From assembly GCF_963921235.1 (NCBI RefSeq), contig NC_086108.1:68822001-68886000 (forward strand): a stretch of DNA of 64,000 nucleotides, read 5' to 3'. Shown here one piece after another: positions 51,645 through 64,000 of the stretch. The stretch is from Mobula hypostoma. Its lineage: Eukaryota. The notes under the pieces were generated by a model. That model was not told the DNA's origin. It ran no database searches and saw only the letters and a program-made list of their open reading frames with translations. The stretch's first letter is position 1; every line of letters starts with the position of its first letter. Made by a program: the position numbers and the translations under genes.

Positions 51645-54310
51645 CTCATGTGCCTTGTGCGTTACTTGCTAGGGCGATCATGGCTTTCCACATCGAATGA
51701 TCCCATGCAGCGTCAATGATATCTTGCACACTTAGTTCTGTTAGTTCTTTCACAGTGTCCATATATTTTCTTCTTTGCCTTCCTCTTCTGCGTTTCCCAG
51801 GCATACGGCCTTGTAATGTAAGGCATTCTATTTCTCCCTTTCTGACGACATGGCCGAAGAATTTAAGTTTCCTCTCGTTTAATGTTCTCATGAAAGATCT
51901 TTTTGTGTGGGCACGTTGGAGTACTGTCTCATTAGTTACCCTATCTCTATATGATATTTTCAATATTCTTCTAAGAAACCACATTTCTGTTGCTTCTAAG
52001 TTTCTTTGGAGTTCTGGTGTTATAGTCCATGTTTCGGAAGCATACAGCAAGATTGACCAGATGCAACATTTTAGTACTGTAAGCCTTGTTGTCATAGAAA
52101 TGTGTCTGTTGGTAAAAATGGGTTTCATTTTTTGGAAGTTGGCTTTGGCAATGGCAATTCTTCTTTTTATATCTACTTTACTTCTAGCATCTTGTGATAT
52201 AAAGCTACCAAGGTAATTAAAGCGGGTCTTTTATTCAATCTCTTGGTTACCAACGTACAATTGTCAGTTGGGAGTATCCTGCTGTTTTGATATTACCATA
52301 CATTTGGCTTTTTACAGTTGATGGTTAGACCAAAATCAGCACGTGTTTGTACTACTTTGTCTAGGAGGATTTGTAGGTCTTCTGCAGCACTTGCTATTAG
52401 GGTGGTATCACCTGCATATCTTATATTGTTGATGTTAACACCTCCAATTTTTATTCCACCTAGGTCTTCTATTTCTCTGAGAATCATTTCACTATAGATA
52501 TTAAAAAATTCCAGTGATGCATCGCAACCCTGTCTAACTCCTCTTGGAATTTCGGTCAATTTTTACCGCCGCCATTTGGTTCCAATATAAATTTTGAAGC
52601 AGTTGTTGGTCCCTTCCGTCAATGTTTAGTTTAGCGAGAATTTGAAATAATTTTTCATGTTGCATTTTGTCGAATGCTTTAGTGAAATCAATAAAACATA
52701 AAAAGGCATCATTTTAATATTCAATTGCCCTTTTTGAAAGCATTCGTGGTATGACAACTGCGTTCCTAGTTCCTCTATAAACCCATATTGCAGTTTAGAC
52801 ATTTCTGGCCTTAACTTGTTTTTAATGCGACTCAGAACAATTCTCAACAAAATCTTTATTATGTAACTCATAAAACTGATTGTTCTATAATTTTTGCAGT
52901 CAATAGTTGCAGGAATTTTTGAAAGTTATAAATACTGATTTCAAGAGATCGTCAGGCAATACACCAGGACTCATTCATGCCATTGAACAGTTCAAAAAAG
53001 AATATCTATGCCCAGATCTTCTTGGGCTTGAATCATTTATACTGAAATTTCATCAGGTCCAGTGGCTTTACCATGTTTCATGCTTTTCACTGCTTTAGTT
53101 ATTTCTTCTTTGGTAATAGGTGGGCCAGAATTAGGGTGTTTAATATCTGGGGGGTTCCCCTCTATTATCTTCAAAAAGCTGCTCTATATACTGAATCCAC
53201 CTCTCACATACTTCATCTGGATTTGTTAGTATGGATCCATCTGCTGATCTTATGCATCCTGTAGAGGAGGTTTTCTCAATTCCAGTAATTTCCTTAATTT
53301 TCTTGTGTATTTCTTGGCTGTTGTTAATATGGCCTTCTACTTCATTGCATTTTTGATTCAGCCATTCTTCCTTTGCAATATTGCACAATTTTCTGGTCTG
53401 TCTGTCTAGCTCTCTGTATTGCACTTCATTATTCTTCACTAACCTTCTTTGTTCCATCAGATCTAGAATTTCTTGGGTTATCCACCCCTTGTTGGTGTGT
53501 TGTATTTCTTGTACTGGGATTATCTCCTCTGCTGATTGCCGTAAAGAATATTTAAATCTGTCCAAATAGGCGTTGTTAAGTTTTCGTTGAGGGGTTCTTC
53601 TACAGCTGTTTTGAATTGTTGCTTAAGTATGCTAACCTTTTAAGTTCTCCCAACATATACTTCTTTCTCTTTTTTTAGGCCTGTCAGAAATTAGATGGAC
53701 CGACAGTGGCAAATTCAATAAGAATAGTTCTCTGATAATGTATTCTGGAGGTCAACAGCATGTGTATGGAGTTGGAATTATTTTAAACAAACAAGTATCA
53801 AAATGTCTTATGGGATATTGGGCGATATCTGACCGGCTGCTTTTAGTTAAATTAAGGGGTAACTCTTTTAATATTAGCATAATCCAAGCCTATGCGCCAA
53901 CAAATGATGCCGATGAAGAGGATATCAACAAGTTTTATGAAGATCTCGACGGTGCTTATGAGCAATGTAAATCTCAGGATATAAAACTAGTCATGGGAGA
54001 TTTTAACTCCAAAGTTGGACAGGAAAGGGCTGATAACATCATAGGACCTTTTGGATTAGGGGAGAAAAATGAAAATGTAGAAAGGTTTACTGATTGGTGT
54101 GTCAGAAACAACCAAGTGATCACCAATACTTGGTATAAAAATCCTCCACGTAGATTGTGTACTTGGATTAGCCCTGGAGATAGAACAAGGAATCAAATAG
54201 ATTTCATTTGCATCAATGAACGCTTTAGAAATAATATCACAAATTCTAAAGTCTATTCAGGAGCAGACTGTGGTTCAGATCACCATACAGTAAAAGCTAC
54301 CATTAAAACC
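51645..54310 (-). mobile_element. RTE (BovB-like) LINE with 5' inversion: RT part on minus (51645-53680), endonuclease on plus (53678-54310)
   Basis: GVRQG, INNIRYAGDTTLIA, LYASETWT, LKFFGHV on minus; GLSEIRW, IIQAYAPT, MGDFNSKVG, NQIDFI, SDH on plus; 9-bp TSD agtgtaatt at 51636-51644 and 54311-54319. Confidence 0.92.
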
Positions 54311-57300
54311 AGTGTAATTAAGCACATTAAAACAGAGTTCATGAAACCTATGCTAACAACACGTATTTAATTCAATGACAAAAGCTAAAGTTCAACAACA
54401 AAGGCGATATTTTAAACAAAAACTTTTAAGCCCCACTTGATTGTAAATGATGCTTTCATTATGGCTGTATGGAAAATATTGAAAAGGAAAAGCCTCAATT
54501 CCATAACCTTTGGCACATAGTGTCGATTTTTTAAAAATCTGAAACAATAAAACGATCTGAAGAAAGGACCTTTTTTGTATATTTCCTGCATAACCAAATA
54601 TAGTGCAATCTTAGGAAATATATTAAATTCACCTTTATAAAATTCCAGTATCTGCAGTTTTTATGGATTTTCATTTTTTAATTTCCCTTTATATTTTGTT
54701 TTTAAATAATTATAATGTTATAAAACAAAGCAAAATGCTTTGCAAGATTTACTAATTGGGAAGTGAGTATTATTCAAAAGAGGAAAGTGTGTTTTGAACA
54801 GATGCAGCTATAGAATTAAGCTCTCCTAACACATAAGTGAGCTTCAGAAGCATCTGGGCTTAGGTCTGCTTCAGCAGTGACAGATGTCCTGATAAACTCT
54901 AAAACTTTATTCTGGATTACCAATCTGAGAAAAAGAGTCAGGTAAAATTGATTTCTAAACTGTACTGATCATAAAAACTTAGATGTCTCTGCTATATGTT
55001 ACACTTATAAAATGATGCTCAGTTTCAAGTGGTATGGAAGAAAAATACTGTTGAAATCTAATTAAGTGTAGTTGATGAACAGCCATACACCTGAAATTTT
55101 AACTCTGTTTCTCTCTCCATAATACATATTAACTCTTTCAAGCTTTTCCTATATTTTGTCAAATAAAATTCACTTTGATGGTAGAGCTTCAAATCCAGAG
55201 ATTCACTGTAATTGTACTATGTCTTGTCCTTAAGCATCAATATTCCTACTGATGCTTCATAATTACCACAGCGCTCAATTTGCAAAGTAATCCAGGTTGA
55301 TGGATGGGAAATCTTTCACAATTGTCCCCAATATGACTGACAAAAGCTTTAATAAAGTAATTCACCAAACAAAACTGTTCCTCCACAACATAATTAATAA
55401 AGCTGTTTAGGAGCACAGGAGCTTTGCAAAGAACTTAAAGCTTCAAGATGACAGCAAGCAGCACTGCTTTCTCTATTTCAACACCCTCCCAAGCACAAAT
55501 CATTTTGTCATTCATTTACTTGCTATTTGTGACAAACAGCCGTTTCCTAATTGACAGTTTCTATCCGTTTAACAAAACTATTGCACTTCAAAATTAAGAT
55601 TATAGTGCTCTGGACGTCATTATCAAAAGAAGCATCCACATGTAATTATCATACAGATCAAACTCTTGACAGTAAGACACTGATTAATAAATAGATTCTA
55701 ACTAGACAATACATATCTTTTTTAAACATCTGGTTGCATTTTGTTATTTATGTGCTTGTAGCCAGCAGATGACCCCACTTTTCCACTCATTTTTACAAAT
55801 TCAAATTAGGAAGAAAATTAACAGACATGCTTCAGCCAATTGTACCAGATTCACTGGAATACTGTTTTGTGCATCTCTTATTTTAAAAAAAGGACACAGT
55901 TCTTGTGAATATAACAGCTCTCAAGCTACCCATTTAGTTCTCGCAATTCCTTACTTGCCAGGATCACTGCCTTAGAGCTTTGAAAATTGGCAATCTTCAA
56001 TTACTGACAGAGGAGGAGGAGGAGGATCATGAAAATATTCATCTGCCTTATGGTGCAACATCCTAAAAGATTATGTATCATTTAAATTCACTTCATTAAC
56101 GGTAAAATACACAACACAATTAATGCATTTTATGCAAGCTGTAGATAAGTTACATTTAAAATCTAAATTTCAAATATCTGGGTTATTTTTATAATATATT
56201 TATGAAAAACATATCTCTGGAGATTTTGGGACGGTTCAAGTTAAATAAAAACATTTTTTTAAGGTTCATCAATCAGGAGTTACATAAGTTTTCCCAGGAG
56301 AGACCCATTTCAGGAATGTGTGGTTTTGTCAATGCATAACGCTGATCTTTGCTCTTTGGCACAGTTCAGATATAGCGACTGGCAAAAAACTATAGGTAAA
56401 TAATAAAAGTCAGCAACATTAATACACATATTATGCACTCCCAAAATTGACCTCTCATGGGGAAATGCGAATGTATTGTAATAGTTGAAGCTACATTGAC
56501 TTTACATCTAACTTACGTAAAAAAAGAAATTAAAAATCCATTTCTTTATAGGGTTCAGAAAGATTTTTGGTCCTCATTCTAATGACTTTTCAACAGTGTA
56601 TTCTCTATTTCACAGTTATAATAATAACAAAATTATTATTATAATAATGTAATTCTGAAGTGTTTTCTAAATGGGCAAATATATTTTCCTTCAATTCTTC
56701 AAATGATCAACTGCAGTATCTGATCTGAGTCAGAAGCAATGAAATTCTTGAGAGCTGATATCCACTGTCAAATTTTGTAACTCCCACTTTTAAAAAAAGT
56801 GAATACAGTGTTTTGATTCATTCATCAGAATATTTCCAAGATTTAGTCAATAATCTATGAATTCTTGTGCTCCTTCCAAAACTTCTTGCAATTAAAACTG
56901 ACTGGGAACATTGTTTTCACGTGGTTTTAAAAATGAGAGTTGCTCATACTAGTATAGTCAAATCTGTAATGATGGGACATTATAGGCTTATTCAACAATA
57001 ATCTCCACGTAAAAATACTTTCCCTTAACATTTTGATATTTTGTATTATTACAATGTGTTATAATACCACCACTTATTTGACTACCCAGTGCTGTCAACA
57101 ACTGCGGCATTCAGTAGCTTCCACTTCTCTCACCTCAATCTGTGGAGGATTAAAAGAGACTGTACAGCTCTAAGCAAGAAGCACTGCACTTTCCCTTTTG
57201 TCTCTTCAAACAAAAGTTCATTCCTTCTTAGAAGTCTGCTGAGTTGCATGCTTAAAGGTACAGTATATTTTCTAAAGTCAACAAGTTTTTACTACATCCC

Positions 57301-57627
57301 CTTGAATTTAACCGTACTGTATTTCTTCCATTGTTCTTCAGGTATGTTCAGCAATTCAATCTGTTAATATTTCCTGAGTCACAATATTTTGGCATTAACA
57401 CAAAGCCCACAAAGCTAAAATTTCAAAATAAAAAGACAGAATAAGGTACAAGAAAGGTCATAAAATCACAGTAGCATTGAATTGACTATAGAACACAAAA
57501 GCAGAGACGATATTGATCTCATCCACAACCATTAAAAAATGTACAACTTGCTGAAATTGTACATCATGTGGTTTTTTAACATTCTTATTTTCATCTACCA
57601 GTTTGGGGATTACTACAGTAAAACAGA

Positions 57628-58920
57628 ACATAGAACAGTACAGCACAGGAACAGGACCTTCGGCCCATGATACTGTGCTGAACTATTTAAGCTAGTGATA
57701 CCTAATCCCTTCTGCCAGCACATGGAACATATTGCAATATTCTCTGCATACTCATGAGCCAATTTAAGAACCTCTAAAGTTTCTTTATAATTTCTGCTTC
57801 CACCGCCACCCTTGGCAGTACATTCCAGGCACCCAACACACTTTATAAAACAAAACTTTCCCGGTGCATCTCTTTAAATGTTCTCCCCCTTAACTTAAGT
57901 ATTAAACATTTCATCCCTGGGGAAAAGATACAGCTGTCTATTCTTCTAAGCCTCCCTGCTTCCCATAAATTTATAAACTTCTTCCTGCTCTCTCTTCTCA
58001 GCTTCCAATACTCCACAGAAAACAATCCGAGTTTGTCCAAACTCTCTTTATAGTATATACCCCTGTATCCAGTCAGCATCCAGATAAACCTTTTTTGCAC
58101 CCTCTCCATAGTCTCCACATCATTCATGTAATGACCAAACTCCAGATATGGTCTAACCAGTTTTATAAAGTGCAAACGTAACTTCCTGACTTTTGAACTT
58201 AATGCTTTGACTAATACAAGTACACCTTAACCACCCTACCAACCTGTGTAGCTTCTTTCAAAGAGCAATAAACTTGGGTATCAAGATACCTCTCTACATC
58301 AATGCTGTTTAGGGCCCAACCATTAACTGTGCACTTTCCCTTTGCATTTAATTTCTCAGCTAACATTTGCCTGGATTGAACTCCATCTGCCATTTCTCCA
58401 CCCACACCTGCAACTGATCTACATCTCAGACTACCAACACTATCTATTTTACACTATCCATAGAGAGACTAGTCTTTGTGTCATCTGCAAACTAAATAAC
58501 CCACTCATTCGGGTTTTCATTCAAGTCATTTATAAATCACAAACAGCACAGGTCCCAGTGCAGATCCTGTGAAACACCAGAAGTAATGGAGCTCCAACCA
58601 GGATAAGATCCATTGACCATTACCCTTTCTCTTCTATGGGCAAGCTATTTCTAATTACAATCTTCTTCCTGTGTCCTGCTCAGGGGCCTCAGCCTGAAAC
58701 GTCAACTGTACTCTTTTCCATAGATGCTGCCTGGCCTGTTGAGTTCTTCCAACATTTTGTGTGTGTTGCTTGGATTTCCAGCATCTGCAGATTTTCTTGT
58801 TTGAGTACAAAATGCCAAGTAACCATGGATTTCATGAATCTTTATCTTCTGGATGAGCCTACCATGAGGGACCTCATTAAACAAGTTACTAAAATTTATG
58901 TGGACAACATCCACTTCAAC
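57628..58920 (-). mobile_element. Old CR1 3' half with a nested Penelope-derived fragment (58670-58800)
   Basis: LVRPYLE, ERVQKRF, DVVHINFSNLFNEVPHGRLIQK; (atagaac)n tail. Confidence 0.8.
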
Positions 58921-60599
58921 ATAGAAGAGGATAGAACAGTTCTTTGGGAAACAAAAGTATGATACTACTCCCCATTTCAGTGTAAATCAAAACTTTTTGA
59001 ATACAGACATGCCTCAATTTATGAAAGGAGTACATCCACGACAACATTTCATCAGTGAAAATTAGTAAATCAAAAAGCCTGGGCAAAATGCATAGTGAGA
59101 GTCTTGGTGCCATGCACTCCTATGTACACATGCAATTTATGAAATCAGAAATACAGCTATGTAATTGAAAGATTCACACCAGAAGTCAATGGTGCTGTTC
59201 CAATAATCTGTGCACTGTTTGTATTCTATGCTTGCATCCTTCTTTCTGGCAATATTTATTGAAATCCAAATTCTAAGACTTGGGAAACAAGACTTTCCCA
59301 TTCTTCTCCTTAGCACTCAGTCAGCTAAATTTGTGAATATTCCTCTTCCACAAAAATTTAATCTGTTAAAGTCAATGAGATGTGCTATAAATCATATAAA
59401 GAAAACACTGAATCCAATGCAAATAATTAAATTCATTTTAATAATCCAGGTGGGATATTTCAATGGTCATCACCAGTGAAAAAAAAACTGTCAGATTGTT
59501 GCAGTGTCCACAGACACAATAGCAATTGGTCAAAGGCAGAATGAGAGTAAGTTTTACTAGAACTGTCCTTTACCAAACCAAGTTTTGCAGAAACTTGTAC
59601 TTCAGAAAATATTAATAGGACTGACCACTACACAAATCTCAAAGGCTATCTTCATAATGAAGTTCTCCTCCATCAACATGTGAGGTGTCACTGATGTGTT
59701 AAATGTGACAAAATTGCTAGCCTAAAACAGGGCATTTTAGGCCACTGGCATTAACGGAATTATATCCCACCACAATCTGATGGCACAGCAGTTTACTACA
59801 AACATTAAATCATAGCACACCACTGTTGTGTGAAAATTCTACTTCAGTGAGAATCGTGGTAGTGTACACCAGGATTATAAAGCACCAACCTGCAGTACTA
59901 GAATGTTAATCAGCAAACGAAGGTATTACATACACAAAATGCTTGAAGAACTGAGCAGGTAAGACAGCAGCTATGGAAAATAATACAAAGTTGACCCTTC
60001 AGGCTGATAACCCTCAATTCATCCTGATGAAGGATTCTGGATTCTTGACTGAAACTCCTCACCATCACCAGGGATATTATCAGCTCCCAAGGCATTGTTA
60101 TTCCATTAGTTGTAATGGCTTCTTGGAATGGTTGGAAAGGCCAGACTAAATAGGCAAAACAATGTTTATGTCAAAGGTAGAACTATCATTCAGATCATTA
60201 AAGTATTCCTTTCAGCAGGAGTTGTCTGCCTATTTTTACTAAGTTCACTCAGTTCTTGGCTCTCAAATGGGGTGAGACCTCAGGTCGTAGAAGACTTCAC
60301 CAGTACTGAAGAAACTGGAGGTATTAATGTGGGTCAGTGGGAACACAACATAATGGCTAAACTTTAGACTCTACACAAAAGACAAAGAACTAAAAGGTTC
60401 AGGATATTGCTGGTGAGGTCAAATTATATTTTTCATCGTTCAAAGTACATGCTTGCTTGATCTTTTAGGAAAATAGTCTAGAGTCTCTACATTATTGTGT
60501 TCGGAATCACAAATAATCTAGATTAGTTAAGGGTGGCAAATTTTCTTCCCTGAAAGACATGAGCAAACTTGATGGGTATTTACAACAAAGTTAAATTCC

Positions 60600-61275
60600 T
60601 CTAAAATTATTATTTCAGAGGACCTGTCCTGGGCCCAGCACGCAAGTGCAATTACAAGAAAGCAGAACAGTATCGCCTCTACTTCCTTAGGAGATTCGAA
60701 CGATTCGGCATGACATCTAAAGCTTTGACAAACTTCTATAGATGTGTGGTGGAGAGTATATTGACTGGTTGCATCACAGCCTGGTATGGAAACACCAATG
60801 CCCTTGAACCGAAAATTTGACAAGTAGTAGTGGATATGGCGCAGTCCATCCCCACCATTGAGCACATCAGCACGAAACACTGTCGCAGGAAAGCAGCATC
60901 CATCATCAGGGACATGCTCTCTTCTCCCTGCTGCCATCAGGAAGGTGGACCAACGTGGGTAACTTCACTCAACTTCACATGTCCCATCACCGAAAAGTTC
61001 CCTCAACCTATGGACTTACTTTCAAGGACTCTTCATCTCATGTTCTCGATATTCATTGTTTATTTATGTATTTATTTATTTATTATTATTTCAACAAAGA
61101 CAGTTTGTTGTCTTTTACACACTGATTGCTCATGAAAGTTCGTGCGGTCTTTCATTGATTCTATTATGGTTGTTATTCTACTATGGATGCATTGAACATG
61201 CCCTGAAGAAAATGAATCTCAGGGCTGTATATGGTGACACATGTACTTTGATAATAAATTTACTTTGAACTTTGA
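60600..61275 (+). mobile_element. Rex1/Babar 3' fragment
   Basis: gagagtatattgactggttgcatcacagcctggtatgg; HCRRKAASII; tactttgaactttgaa tail. Confidence 0.85.
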
Positions 61276-61489
61276 AGTTAGTTTCATGGTTACTATCACT
61301 GTGCAAATGTGGCATAGCTATAACATTCCAGAATTAACAGGTCAGGTTGAAGCTCACAGTCCAATCTAATTGTGAATGATGGCAATCAATGAAACAACTG
61401 ATGGGAGGAGCTGGCTCTAAGAACATCCACAACTTGCACAATTTGAAAATTCAAAAGTTTAAAACAAGGCACAACCATCCATTACAACT

Positions 61490-64000
61490 GAACCCAAAGG
61501 GGAATAATATCCTTGTGGGAAGGTTTGCTGGATCTGTTAGGGAAGATTTTAAACTAATTTAGGAAGGGGATGGAAACTGGAGTGATAGAGGCTAAGGAAA
61601 GGGCTGTTAGCTTACAAGCAGAAGCAGTGTGTAGTGAGACTTTCAGGAAGGACAGGTAGACGAAAGGGCAAAATTGCAGTCAGTGGGATGAGTTGCAATG
61701 TAGAATGGAACAAAATCGAAAGGCTGTTGGATACAGGATTGAAGGTTTTATATTTGAATGCACACAGTATACGGAATACTGATGATTTTGTAGCACAGTT
61801 ACTGATTGACAGGTATGACATTGTGGGCATCACAGAGTCGAGGCTGAAAGAACATTATAGTTGGAAGCTTAACATCCAAGGATACACACTGTATCGAAAG
61901 AACAGGCAGGTAAGCAGAGGGTGTGGTGTGATTCTGTTGATAATAGATTAAATCAAATCCTTAAAAAGAGGTAACATAGGATTGAAAGATGCAGAATCCT
62001 TGAGGGTGGGAGTTAAGAAACTACAGAGGTAAAAAGACCCTGAATGGAGTTATATACAGGCCTCCGAATGGTAGTCAGGATGTGGGCCAGAAAATAACAA
62101 CAGGAGATAGAAAAAGATTGTCAAAAGGACAATGCTACAACAGTCGTGGGGGACTTTAATATGGGAAAATCAGGTTGGTGCTGGATCCCAAGAGAAGGAA
62201 TTTGTAGAATGCCTACAAGATTGCTTTTTAAGAGGAGCCTGTGGTTGAGTCCACTAGGGAATCAGTTATTCTGGATTGGGTGTTTTGCAATGAACCAGAT
62301 TTGATTAGGGAGCTTAAGGTAACCCTTAGGAAATAGATCATAACATGATGGAATTCACCCTGTAATTTGAGAGGTTGAAGCTAAAATCAGATGTATCAGC
62401 ATGAGAGTAGAGAAAAGGGAATTACTGACGCATAAAAGAGGAGCTGGCCAAAGCTGAGTGGAAGGGGCCACTAGCAGGGATGACAGCAGATCAACAATAG
62501 CTGGAATTTCTGGGAGCAATTCAGAAGGCACAAGGTAAGTAGCATTCCAAAGGTAGGATGATGCAACCACGACTGACAAGGGAAGTCAAAGCCAACAGTC
62601 AAGCAAAAGAGGGGGCACATAATAGAGCAAAAATTAGTGGGAAGTTAGAGGATTGGGAAACTTTCAAAAACCAACTGCAGGCAAGTAAAAAAAAGCCATC
62701 AGAAGAGATGAAATATGAAGGTAAGCTAGCCAACAATATCGAAGAGGATGCCAAAAGTTTTTTCAGATGTATAAAAAGTAAAATATGGGTGAGAGGACAT
62801 ATTAGACCTCTGGAAAATTAAGCTGGATAGGTAGTAATGGGGCACAAAGAAATGGCAGCAAATGATTTTGCATCAATCTTCACTGTGGAAAACACTAGCA
62901 GTATGCTGGAAGTTTGAGGGTGTCAGGAGGCAGAAGTGAGTGCAGTTGCTATTACTAGGGAGAAGGTGCTTGGGAAACGGAAAGGGCTGAAGGTAGATAG
63001 GTCACCTAAAGCAGATAGACTATACCCCAGGTTTCTGAAAGAGGTAGCTAAAGAGATTGTGGAGGCATTAGTAATGATCCTTCAAGAATTACTTGATTCT
63101 GGAATGGTTCCGGAGGTCTGGAAAATTGCAAATGTCACTCTACTCTTCAAGAAGGGAGGAAAGGAAATTATCAGCCAGTTAGCCTGACCGCAATGGTTGG
63201 GAAGATGTCGGATTCGATTGTTAAGGATGTGCTTCCTAGGTACTAGGAGGTATATGGTAAAATAGGCCAAAGTCAGCATGGTTTCCTTATGGGAAAATCT
63301 TGCCTGACAAATCTATTAGAATTCTTTGAGGAAATAACAAGTAGGATAGACAAAAGAGAATTAGTGGATGTTGAGTATTTGGATTTTCTGAAGGCCTTTG
63401 ACAAGGAGTTGCACAAGAGGCTGATTAACAAGACAAGAGCCCGTGGTATTACGGGAAAGATATAAGCATGGATAGAGCATTGTCTGATTGGCAGGAGGCA
63501 AAGAGTGGGAATAAAGGGAGCCTTTGCTGATTGGCTACCTGTGACTTGCGGTGTTCCGCAGGGGTTGGTGTTGGGACCACTTCTTTTTAAGTTATATGTC
63601 AATGATTTGAATAACGGAATTAATAGCTTTGTGGCCAAGTTCGCGAACGATACAAAGACAGATGGAGGTGCAGGTAGTGTTGACGAAGCAGGGAGGCTGC
63701 AGAAAGCCTCAGACAGATTAGGAGAATGGGCAAAGAAGTGGCAAATGGAATACAGTGTCAGGAATGTTTGCTCACGTGCTTTGTTAGAAGGTATAAAAGC
63801 AAAGATCATTTGCTAAACGGGCAGAAAATTCAAAAATTTGAGATGCAAAGGGTCTTGGGGTTCTTTGTGCAGGATTCCCTAAAAGTTAATTTGCAGGTCG
63901 AGTCGGTGGTGAGGAAGGCAAATGCAAATGTTAGCATTCATTCTGAGGGCTAGAATATAAAAGCAAGGAGGTAATGCTGAAGCTCTATAAGGCATTGGTG
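61490..64000 (+). mobile_element. Decayed CR1 (ORF1 end, endonuclease and RT), continuing past the window end
   Basis: LKVLYLNAHSIRN, DIVGITES, WKIANVTLLFKKG, GVPQGLVLGPLLF, KFANDTK. Confidence 0.92.

Noticed and set aside
53738..54370. 210-aa ORF that could be called a stand-alone endonuclease gene
   Set aside because: It is the inverted 5' part of the RTE LINE, inside the TSD
1..64000. Prokaryotic-type systems (CRISPR arrays, retrons, operons) suggested by the many RT ORFs
   Set aside because: All RT and endonuclease ORFs belong to eukaryotic retrotransposons; no repeat-spacer array is present

Overview
Vertebrate genomic DNA, AT-rich and heavily covered by decayed transposable elements. 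The repeat content (CR1, Rex1/Babar, RTE, Penelope-like elements with hammerhead motifs, V-SINE and Deu-SINE, Tc1) points to a cartilaginous fish, probably a ray; this is inference. The only host coding sequence I can support is one 87-bp minus-strand exon (35083-34997, VKRNIFDLTNIHVRHQVWEGWPAAAEDDS), which matches FAF1. The window therefore appears to lie within two large FAF1 introns. Most long ORFs in the supplied track are TE-derived; the short ones look spurious. Highlights: (1) an internally deleted class I endogenous retrovirus with a 2H phosphoesterase domain after the protease remnant; (2) an RTE LINE with a 5' inversion enclosed by a 9-bp TSD, the geometry expected from twin priming; (3) Penelope-type minimal hammerhead ribozyme motifs on the FAF1-transcribed strand; (4) a near-perfect 95-bp inverted duplication; (5) splice-site oddities in the FAF1 exon; (6) TE-free blocks that may be conserved enhancers. 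I found nothing I can call a wholly new system. Repeat boundaries are approximate unless TIRs or TSDs are cited, and family assignments come from recalled consensus motifs, not database searches.
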